Shown here piece after piece: positions 11,855 through 19,708 of a stretch of DNA of 48,311 nucleotides. The position numbers were made by a program, and so were the translations under genes. The notes below the pieces were generated by a model, which was given only the letters and a program-made list of their open reading frames with translations, was not told where the DNA came from and did no database searches. Source of the DNA: Hyphomicrobiaceae bacterium (GTDB lineage: Bacteria > Pseudomonadota > Alphaproteobacteria > Rhizobiales > Hyphomicrobiaceae); assembly GCA_036555805.1 (NCBI GenBank), contig DATBKR010000686.1:1-48311 (forward strand), given 5' to 3'. How positions within the stretch are numbered: position 1 is the first letter of the stretch; each line of letters begins with the position of its first letter.

Positions 11855-13732
11855 TCACGGCCCGTCGGCCTCAAGGGCCAGTGTCAGGCCCGCAAGCAGT
11901 CGCTCTTGAGGCTGATGCCCGTGCCTCGCCAAGCTGAACTCGACCAATCGCTGTTGGTCAGTGAGGCCAGGCGTAAGCTTGCGCAGTTCTGCGACGTGTC
12001 GGTGTGCCTCCTGCCACTCGCCAGTTAGCGCGTGCAAGGCGGCCAGGCTTGCGTGCACGTAGGGACCATGCGGGCGGGCGGCAATCGCCTCATTGAAAGC
12101 TGCCCGAGCCGCGTCCAGATGGCCCAGTTCCAGTTCGGCCCAACCCGCCCACAACTGCCAAACCGTAACGATCGATGTATCGGCATTCAAGCGCTGCGCG
12201 TAGCGGATCAGTTGAAGCGCCTCCTCGTACCTGTGCAAATTGATGAGAGCGCGTCCCTTTCCGGCGTAGGCCGGGGCATGGCTGGGATTGATCTCGAGTG
12301 CACGATCATAGCTTTCCAAAGCCGCCGAAAGGTTGCCCTCGATTCTGTGCAGGAGACCGAACCAGTAGTGCACGGCATCATTTTGCGTGTTCCGCGCGAG
12401 AGCGCGGCGCAAGAGGTCTTCGGCCTCGTTCACGTGCTGATCGCGCTCGGCCAAAAGGTAGTATGCCGCAAGGCCGATCATGGCGCCGGTAGACTCTGGA
12501 TCGCGTCGCAAGGCCTCGCTGAAAGACGCTTTGGCGCCGTTAAACAGCGGCGAGTCTTCGGTATCCAATATGCCGGCACGGCCACGTGCCACGAGGTCGC
12601 CGACGCTCGGCTCCTTGCCTGGATTGAGCGCCTCAGCTCCAACGCGTCGCATCAGCTCGAAGTGGACCGCAAACACCGTCCGTCGCACGATATCCTCTTG
12701 CGCCAAGGGCCATTTGCTCGAATCCTGGGAAAAATGATGCGACCACAGGTGCTGCCCCGAACGCGCGTCGATGACAGCTATGTTAACCCGCAGCTGGTCG
12801 CCTTCAGCGTAGACGGCCCCGACAAGAACGTAGCGAGTGCCCGTGCTGGCGCCGCTGGCTCTGACATCCGGTTGCCGGCCGGGGGAGTGCTGCGCAACAC
12901 CCTGGCTCGAAACAACTCGCAACGCATGGATCCGTGACAGGTAGTTGGTGAGGTCGGCGTTCATCCGCTCCGCCAAGCTCGCCGCGCTGCCGGACGTGGC
13001 GGTGAATGGCAGGACGGCGATAGGGATGCCGCCCGACGTTATTTGGGACGCCTGCAGGATCCCGTTTCGGGCATTGGCGTCAACCAGTGTCGGGGCGTTG
13101 TGGAGCGCAAGCCAGAAGAGACCCAGCAAGGCACTAGCCGCCAGCAGAGAGCTCCCTAACCGTCGACGATCAAAGGCCTGAAGCGCGAAAGAGGCAAAGG
13201 TGGTCGCCCGCGCCCCCTCCCCATGGGATGATGCCCGGTCACCCTTGGCAGGAGCTGATTCGACACGCGCTTCCGCGCGATCACCGGCTGCGGGTGAGGG
13301 AGCTGGCCCGTCACTCCGATCACATGGTTCTGGCAGGCGAGATTCCTCACCGACCCACTCCGTTGAGGGTGGGAGCACATTCTGGCTGCTTGCCGGCGCC
13401 CGTGTGACGGCCGCGGCCAAGAGGTAGCCGCGGCCGGGTATGGTTTTGACGATCTGCTGCCCCCGGTCGCCGAGCGCCCGGCGGATGTCACTTACACACC
13501 TGGCGATCGATTCATCGGTTACGCTCACACCCGGCCAGACCGCCTGAAACAACGCGTCCTTGGTCACGAGCCGGCCTGCGTGCTCGACGAGGCAACACAG
13601 CACGTCGAAGCTCTTCGGGCGCAACTCAACACCGCGTTCGGCGGCGCACAGAGTGCGGCGCGTCATGTCGAGGATGAAGCCCTCGAACTCGTACACCCTT
13701 TCATAGACTGCATCCATGAACGCAACCGACAA
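11855..13732 (-). CDS. Membrane-anchored transcriptional regulator: N-terminal OmpR/CadC-type winged helix, TM segment, TolB-N-like domain, C-terminal TPR repeats
   Basis: 625 aa. The wHTH is YEFEGFILDMTRRTLCAAERGVELRPKSFDVLCCLVEHAGRLVTKDALFQAVWPGV...IPGRGYLL. The hydrophobic segment is LLAASALLGLFWLAL. Then IAVLPF...YVLVGAVYAEGDQLRVNIAVIDARSGQHLW. The C-terminal part has several TPR-like A/Y/L repeats. Confidence 0.8.
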   Translation of the reverse strand: MSVAFMDAVYERVYEFEGFILDMTRRTLCAAERGVELRPKSFDVLCCLVEHAGRLVTKDALFQAVWPGVSVTDESIARCVSDIRRALGDRGQQIVKTIPGRGYLLAAAVTRAPASSQNVLPPSTEWVGEESRLPEPCDRSDGPAPSPAAGDRAEARVESAPAKGDRASSHGEGARATTFASFALQAFDRRRLGSSLLAASALLGLFWLALHNAPTLVDANARNGILQASQITSGGIPIAVLPFTATSGSAASLAERMNADLTNYLSRIHALRVVSSQGVAQHSPGRQPDVRASGASTGTRYVLVGAVYAEGDQLRVNIAVIDARSGQHLWSHHFSQDSSKWPLAQEDIVRRTVFAVHFELMRRVGAEALNPGKEPSVGDLVARGRAGILDTEDSPLFNGAKASFSEALRRDPESTGAMIGLAAYYLLAERDQHVNEAEDLLRRALARNTQNDAVHYWFGLLHRIEGNLSAALESYDRALEINPSHAPAYAGKGRALINLHRYEEALQLIRYAQRLNADTSIVTVWQLWAGWAELELGHLDAARAAFNEAIAARPHGPYVHASLAALHALTGEWQEAHRHVAELRKLTPGLTDQQRLVEFSLARHGHQPQERLLAGLTLALEADGP

Positions 13733-14007
13733 CTGGCACGCTGCCTTGCGACATCTCTTTCAGAAATTTTCACCCCTAGAGCAGGCGCGCTTTCACACGC
13801 TTTCAGGACGCTCGGCGTCCAGTCTGGCAGCATCGCATGCGAGGAGCACCGGAGCAATGGTGTACGTGCTGCCTGGGGGTAGTCGTATCCGGCTGGTGAC
13901 GCATCGCAACGGGTCCGCCACCTCGATCCAGGACGTGGTGACGTGAAGTCATAGGTAGCCGACCGCGGCAGCCCCTCAGGCAGTCTACGACCATAAGGCA
14001 AATTTGC

Positions 14008-14319
14008 ATGAGTGAGAGGATCAGACCGGAACAGCGGCCGGCAAGCGCGCGCCGAGCGGCGCTTCCCGTTCTCGTACTGGTGGCGTTTGGCTGCGCAGTG
14101 GCCACCATCCTGCCGGTCCCGGACGCCGAAGCACGCGGGCCCGGATCCTGGCAGCCCTATCATACCTGGCGGGTCAAAGGGAGCAGTCCGGCAGCACGCT
14201 TATTCCCCTTGAAACGCCAGCGCGTCCCTAAAAGCTCCTACTACCAGACCGGTATTGGCGAGAAGGCCGTCAAAGGAGGGAGCCCGGCGGCTAACGTCTT
14301 CAGGCCACACTCACAATGA
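14008..14319 (+). CDS. Small secreted basic protein with an internal duplication (hypothetical)
   Basis: 103 aa. AAGG lies 9 nt upstream of the ATG. The signal-like N-terminus is RRAALPVLVLVAFGCAVATILPVPDAEA. The duplicated segments are VKGSSPAARLF and VKGGSPAANVF. Its stop overlaps the next start (ATGA at 14316-14319). Confidence 0.45.
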   Translation: MSERIRPEQRPASARRAALPVLVLVAFGCAVATILPVPDAEARGPGSWQPYHTWRVKGSSPAARLFPLKRQRVPKSSYYQTGIGEKAVKGGSPAANVFRPHSQ

Positions 14320-15500
14320 ACGGTCCGCTGGGCATACGCGTGAGATCAGCCCGCCAACGCGGCCGTGCGGTTAGCCCTTGGGCCCGATGGCGTCCGATCA
14401 GTACGTGGTCGAGACTTATAATCGTTGTGATAGCGAGCTCTCTCGCAATGCGCGCGCTGGCGGGCGATGACGCCGTCGACCCGCGGTATCCAGGCCGGTA
14501 TTGCTTTTGGTACGGATCGTGCCCGTTCTCTGGGGCGGGGCGGGGAGAATGCCCCGCTCCGTACCAGGATCCAGGCATTGTACCCGATGTGGTGTTCGGC
14601 AAGCCGCAAAGTCTTCTTTGGGGTACAGAGCGTCTCTGCGCAGGGTGGGGATGGAAAAACCTCTGCTGCGAGCCACTGGGTTCTGTCTCGCAGGATGAAA
14701 AAGCGTCAACGCCGCCGCCCAGTCACCCTGCAAACGTGCCAATCACGATCACTCCGCGACCAGCAGACCGCTCCCCGGCGTTGGATCAACCTGTAGACAG
14801 GCTGATCGGCCCCCATCCCGCAGACGGCCGCCCCCCCCTGAGTCAACCTTCCAGCGCACCAATCACCGTCTATCCGGCAGATCCCTCCTCATTGGATCTG
14901 CCCGTGCGCAAGGTCATCGGCGCTCATCCGACAGACGACGGGTCGGCGTCGGTTCAGCCTGCGAATAGGCCTACCGGCGTCTATCCAAAGGAACCGAGCG
15001 GCCCTGTGGTGAAGCCCGGCGGCCCCTATCAAGCCTATCCCAGCGGCCCTTCCGCACATGGTCTGCCGCCGTTCGGCCAATCCGTAAGCACGCCGATCGG
15101 GCCCCATCCCGCTGGAATTCCCAGCGCGCCCGGCGGCGGATTCGATGCGTCTAAGAATCTGCCGCCCTTCGGTCAGCCCGGGAGTCAGCCCGGGAGCATG
15201 CCATTTGGCTCCGCCGCCAATCCCCTGCCCAAGGCACCCGATGGCGTTGCAGTGAGCACGCAGGGGAACGCGAACAAGTCACCAGGCACAATGACGACAA
15301 ATACAGGCGGCATCTATCAAGTGCATCCAGGCGGCACCGCGCTAAACGGCTCCAAGGGTATTTCGGTGAAGAAGGATCAATCCACGAAACTTGGAAAATC
15401 TCCCGGTGCTGCTACGGGCCCCTTGCGCAGGCGGAATTCGATGAGCCATCGGAACCGCTGGCGGGCTGCCATGAGGCGATACCGGTCTGCGCATCACTAG
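14316..15500 (+). CDS. Secreted Cys-rich / Pro-rich repeat protein (hypothetical)
   Basis: 394 aa. Hydrophobic segment LIIVVIASSLAMRALA-GD. A six-Cys module runs from YCFWYGSCPF to NLCCE. Three degenerate repeats are marked by IGPHPADG, IGAHPTDD and IGPHPAGI, encoded with different synonymous codons. The C-terminal tail is very basic. Confidence 0.5.
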   Translation: MNGPLGIRVRSARQRGRAVSPWARWRPISTWSRLIIVVIASSLAMRALAGDDAVDPRYPGRYCFWYGSCPFSGAGRGECPAPYQDPGIVPDVVFGKPQSLLWGTERLCAGWGWKNLCCEPLGSVSQDEKASTPPPSHPANVPITITPRPADRSPALDQPVDRLIGPHPADGRPPLSQPSSAPITVYPADPSSLDLPVRKVIGAHPTDDGSASVQPANRPTGVYPKEPSGPVVKPGGPYQAYPSGPSAHGLPPFGQSVSTPIGPHPAGIPSAPGGGFDASKNLPPFGQPGSQPGSMPFGSAANPLPKAPDGVAVSTQGNANKSPGTMTTNTGGIYQVHPGGTALNGSKGISVKKDQSTKLGKSPGAATGPLRRRNSMSHRNRWRAAMRRYRSAHH

Positions 15501-15573
15501 GACGTGTTGAGTTCGTGCGACGCAATTCTCATTGCGACCTGCCGCACTCCGAATTCCCACTCTGGAGCTGAGC

Positions 15574-16698
15574 ATGCCGGCATCCAAAATTGTTCTCGCG
15601 GTCGGCCTCTTGCTCGCTGTCGCGTTCACGCCAGCGATTGCCCAAACATCGAGTACCGGCCCGACGCCACCAGGGCGGGGGCAGCAGCCCGAGCTGTCTG
15701 TCGCCCAATTCGCCTGCCCGAGGGGCACGCAAGTCTTGCTGCTGATCGAGCAAGGCAACGTTCCAGCCTATCTGGTCGTCGATGAACTGCCGGCGCCGGG
15801 ACAAGGAACCGGGAGGCGCCTGGATGCCAGAACGGTGTCTCCCAATGAGATGCCGGTTACGCTTGATCTCACCTCGCTGGTTGGGGATCTGGACGTGCGG
15901 GTTCTGGTGCGAGATCGCACGGCCGATCAAAGCAACCGCAAGGACATCCAGGCGAACCTGGCCGGCTATATCGGCTGCGGCCAGTGGCAGGCACGCATCG
16001 CCGGGGGCCAGCCGGCCGCATTCCTGCTGAAGCGGGCCCAGCAATCGCAATCGAGCACTCCCGCGCCCGCGGCTCCCACACCAACGGCTCCCACGCCTGT
16101 AGCTCCAGCGCCGGTCACTTCGGCGCCGGTGGCCCCAGCGCCGGTGAGCCGGGCCGAGAATATCGCCAATGGAAAGCTGACGTACCGCGGCTTCACGGTC
16201 GATGTAGCCGCGATCAGAAGCTCGCAGGAGCGCGATGCAATCATCGCCTCCCTCCAACATCAGATCGACATTGCTGCGGACTGCGGCGCCAAGCAGGACG
16301 TGCTTCATTTCTTTCAGAGCCAGGAAATAGTCGTGAGGAGCGACCTGCGCGACCCGTATGGTCACTTCGACAAGCGCGGAGTGTCAATCAAGGCCGCCGT
16401 GGCAGCCCCGCAAAAACCGATTGTCCTCCATGAGCTGCTTCACGCCTTCCACTTCAAGGTGATGTCCGGCCGTTTCCGGAATGCCGAGATCCTCAAATTC
16501 TACAATCGGGCGAAGTACAACCGGTTCTACCCGGAAGACGCGTATGTGTTGAAGAATGTGCTGGAATTCTTCGCGGTGACCGCGAGCCTCTATCTGTGGG
16601 GTCACGTCGATCGTGAACCGTATACACGCGAAAAGCTGAAGGCCATTCAACCGATCTACTACGCGTGGCTGGGAGAGCTGTTCGGTGTGAGGAAATGA
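15574..16698 (+). CDS. Secreted two-domain protein with a C-terminal HExxH...E (gluzincin-like) putative metallopeptidase domain
   Basis: The track ORF 15532..16698 is trimmed to the ATG at 15574 (GGAG 6 nt upstream). Signal peptide MPASKIVLAVGLLLAVAFTPAIA-Q. A P/A/T linker is encoded at about 16057-16146. HELLH is at 16429-16443 within VLHELLHAFHF. The Glu of LEFFAV is at 16564-16566. Confidence 0.65.
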   Translation: MPASKIVLAVGLLLAVAFTPAIAQTSSTGPTPPGRGQQPELSVAQFACPRGTQVLLLIEQGNVPAYLVVDELPAPGQGTGRRLDARTVSPNEMPVTLDLTSLVGDLDVRVLVRDRTADQSNRKDIQANLAGYIGCGQWQARIAGGQPAAFLLKRAQQSQSSTPAPAAPTPTAPTPVAPAPVTSAPVAPAPVSRAENIANGKLTYRGFTVDVAAIRSSQERDAIIASLQHQIDIAADCGAKQDVLHFFQSQEIVVRSDLRDPYGHFDKRGVSIKAAVAAPQKPIVLHELLHAFHFKVMSGRFRNAEILKFYNRAKYNRFYPEDAYVLKNVLEFFAVTASLYLWGHVDREPYTREKLKAIQPIYYAWLGELFGVRK

Positions 16699-17416
16699 TG
16701 GCACGCGGCGCGCGCAATCGACTCTCGTCCGCTTGCGCGGCTGCGCGTGGAGGAGGCGCCAGGCACCGTTGTCCGGTCTGACGGCGCGGTGCTCGCGCCT
16801 TTCGCAGAGGTCGGAAGACGTCCTGCTTTTTTGATCGATTGGGCGCTGGCGTACCTGCGCCGGGCCGGCTTGCGCACCGCCCCGCCTGGCGCCAAGTCGG
16901 GCTTTTCTTGGCGGTGCTCGGTGCCAGCGTGGTCGCGGGCCCAGGGGGCCGGACGGGCCGACGAGGTCGATGTCGCCGTGGATGCGTTCGTCGCGGGCGG
17001 GGCGCTGGTCGGCATCGGCATCGGGCCGAACGAGGAGCGACGAGGACCGGACTGACGTGAGCCTGCTGACCGTCCAGCCGATCATCAATGCCTCAGCAAG
17101 CGAACCACATCACGACCATGTGATCACGCGTCGGAAGGTCACAGAGAACGATCCTCGGCTTCCCGTCGCGCATGCGGCGCGGGGCCACTCACACTTCGTG
17201 CCGGATTCGGTCGTGAGCAAACACAGCAAGGGGCGTACTCGATCACTCGAGAACTCACTTGACCACCTCCTCGGCGCGCCGGCACAGCGCGGGTTGTTGC
17301 CTCCAATACTTGACAGGATATGACAGGCGCAGTTCGAATGGGTGGATAAAGCCTCGGGAACGGACTGATCCGCCACAAAAGTCCGTCGTTAGAACAATAA
17401 CTCAGGGGAGGGTTCC

Positions 17417-18607
17417 ATGACCCAACGGGCAATGCGCGCCGGCCTGGTGGCGCTCGCTTTCCTTCTCATGTTCGCGCCGGCGCCCAGCCGGGCCCAGAAT
17501 AAGGAGGTGCTGGTCGGCGGGGCGATCTCGCTGACCGGTCGCTTCGCGGAGCCCGCGGGCCGGCAGGTGAATGCCATCAAGATGTGGGTCGAGGAGGTCA
17601 ACGGCCGCGGAGGCCTGCTTGGCCGCAAGATCAAGCTGCTGCTCCTCGACGACAAGTCGGACACCCAGACCGCCGTCAAGCTCTACGAGAAGCTCATCAC
17701 AGAGGACAAGGTCGAGGTGCTCCTCGCCCCCTACTCGAGCGCGATCACCGAGGCGGTGGCCAACATCAACGAGCGCTACAAGATGCCATTCGTCGCCTAC
17801 GGCGCCTCGTCGAGCCCCATCTGGGAGAAGGGCCGCAAGTACATCTTCAGCATCGTCGCCGTCGCCGAGGACTACCAGAAGGGCGCTGTGCACCTCGCCA
17901 AGCAGATCGGCGTGAGCAAAGTTGCCATCATCGGCGAGGACAGCCTCTTTCCGCGGCAGGCCGGCGTCGGCGCCAAGCGGTGGGCAGACAAGCTCGGCAT
18001 CCAGGTCGTCCTCCAGGAGAATTACCCCCAAAAGCAGACCGACTTCACCGCCCTGCTGCAGAAGATCAAGGCCTCCGGCGCCGAGGCGGTCCTGTCGAAC
18101 AGCTACTTCGCCGATGCGGCGGCCCAATTGCGGCAGATGCGCGAGCTGAACCTGAACTTTAAGCTCTACTCCAGCACGATCGGTCCGAGCCTGCCGAACT
18201 TCCCCGAGCAACTCGGCGGCACCGCCGAGTACGTGCTGGGCTTCAGCCAGTGGGAGCCGATCCCGGACGTTCTGAAGCTTCCCGGCATGAGGGAGTTCAT
18301 CGCCGACTACGAGAAGCGCTTCGGCGAGAAGCCCAACTACCATGCCGGCAGCGCCTACGGCGCGCTCCAGGTGACCGAGGCGGCGCTCAAGGAGGCCGGC
18401 AGCTTCGACCAGGAGAAGTTGCGTGAGGCCCTCGCCACCATCGAGGTCACGACCGTGTTCGGACGCTACAAGGCTAACGCCAAGGGGATGAACGAGCACG
18501 AGGGCCTGACATTCCAGATCCTTGGTGGCAAGCGGCTCACGGTTTTTCCCGAGAAATGGGCCGAGACGAAGGCCAAGCTCCCCGCGCCCGACTGGAACAA
18601 GCGGTAG
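17417..18607 (+). CDS. ABC transporter substrate-binding protein, LivK/Peripla_BP_6 (branched-chain amino acid-type) family
   Basis: 396 aa. Signal peptide ...LLMFAPAPSRA-Q. Then VGGAISLTGRFAEPAGRQVNAIKMWVEEVNGRGGLLGRKIKLLLLDDKSD. GGGGAGGG lies upstream of the ATG. Confidence 0.9.
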   Translation: MTQRAMRAGLVALAFLLMFAPAPSRAQNKEVLVGGAISLTGRFAEPAGRQVNAIKMWVEEVNGRGGLLGRKIKLLLLDDKSDTQTAVKLYEKLITEDKVEVLLAPYSSAITEAVANINERYKMPFVAYGASSSPIWEKGRKYIFSIVAVAEDYQKGAVHLAKQIGVSKVAIIGEDSLFPRQAGVGAKRWADKLGIQVVLQENYPQKQTDFTALLQKIKASGAEAVLSNSYFADAAAQLRQMRELNLNFKLYSSTIGPSLPNFPEQLGGTAEYVLGFSQWEPIPDVLKLPGMREFIADYEKRFGEKPNYHAGSAYGALQVTEAALKEAGSFDQEKLREALATIEVTTVFGRYKANAKGMNEHEGLTFQILGGKRLTVFPEKWAETKAKLPAPDWNKR

Positions 18608-18615
18608 GCGGCCGC

Positions 18616-19698
18616 GTGGACCAGCCCCTCGAGGCGGTCGGCCGGAAGGCTGCGGGCAGTGTCGGGGCTCCGGCTTCCGGGACGGGCACGCCGGTGGCGG
18701 CGCGCGGGTGGAGGGAGCGCAGCGACGTCCGCAGCCTCTACCTGCTTGCCGCCTTCCTGGTCGCCGCATACGCCCTGCCCTTCCTGATCGGCATCTGGTA
18801 CGGGACCGTACGCGCCGACGCGACGTGGCTCGGCTACCTTGCGACCGTCATGCTGGGCGGCTTCCTGCAGGGCGGCGTGTACGCCATGTTCGCGGTCGGT
18901 CTCACCTTGATCTTCGGCGTCATGCGCATCATCAACGCCGCGCACGGCGAGATGGTCATGATGGGCGCCTATCTCACCTGGGTCGCCTTCTTCTTCTTGG
19001 GCGTCGATCCGCTGCTGTCGCTGTTCCTGACGCTGCCGATCGCGTTTCTGTTCGGGGCGCTGCTGCAAAAAGTGCTGCTCAACCCGGTCGTCGGGCAGCC
19101 TGAGCTGACGGGGCTGCTGATCACCTTCGGGCTCGGCCTCACGATGATCTATGTCGCCGAGCTGATCTTCACGACCGACTTCCGCACCATTCCCTACGCG
19201 CCGCAAAGCATCCAGATCACTGACACCATCGCGGTCGGCCAGAACAAGCTCATCAGCTTCGTGATGGCCCTCGTCATCTCGGTGAGTGTTTATCTCTTTC
19301 TCCGCCTCAGTCGGCTGGGCAAGGCGATCCGGGCCACCGCCCTCAACGCGGAGGTGGCCATGATCTGCGGCATCAATGTGCGCCGCATCTATCTCGTAAC
19401 GACCGGGTTGGCGACCGCGCTGGCGGTGGCGGGCGGGGCACTCGTGTCGATCCAGTTCGGCTTCAACCCCGAGACCGGCACGGTCTATACCCTGCAGGCC
19501 TTTGCCATTGTCGTCCTCGGCGGCCGCGGGCACTACATCGGCGCGCTGATCGGCGCGTTCATGCTTGCTCTGCTCGAGAGCCTCGTGTCGCTGATGATCC
19601 CCAACGGCACGGCGATGGTCGAGCTTGCCGCGTACGCCCTGCTCATTGCCGTGCTGCTGATCCGCCCCGGCGGTCTCATGGGCGTCAAGGACCTGTGA
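18616..19698 (+). CDS. HAAT-family ABC permease (LivH-like); start uncertain
   Basis: The conserved core starts near WLGYLATVMLGGFLQGGVYAMFAVGLTLIFGVMRIINAAHGEM. Candidate starts are GTG 18616 (9 nt after the SBP stop), GTG 18694 and ATG 18850. An extra hydrophobic segment, SLYLLAAFLVAAYALPFLIGIWYG, precedes the core. Confidence 0.85.
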   Translation: MDQPLEAVGRKAAGSVGAPASGTGTPVAARGWRERSDVRSLYLLAAFLVAAYALPFLIGIWYGTVRADATWLGYLATVMLGGFLQGGVYAMFAVGLTLIFGVMRIINAAHGEMVMMGAYLTWVAFFFLGVDPLLSLFLTLPIAFLFGALLQKVLLNPVVGQPELTGLLITFGLGLTMIYVAELIFTTDFRTIPYAPQSIQITDTIAVGQNKLISFVMALVISVSVYLFLRLSRLGKAIRATALNAEVAMICGINVRRIYLVTTGLATALAVAGGALVSIQFGFNPETGTVYTLQAFAIVVLGGRGHYIGALIGAFMLALLESLVSLMIPNGTAMVELAAYALLIAVLLIRPGGLMGVKDL

Positions 19699-19708
19699 GC
19701 CGGAACCG

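Noticed and set aside
13716-13946. A 76-codon + strand ORF in the regulator/islet divergent spacer.
   Set aside because: It overlaps the regulator start codon region. It has no SD, no signal peptide and no motif, and it lies where promoters are expected.
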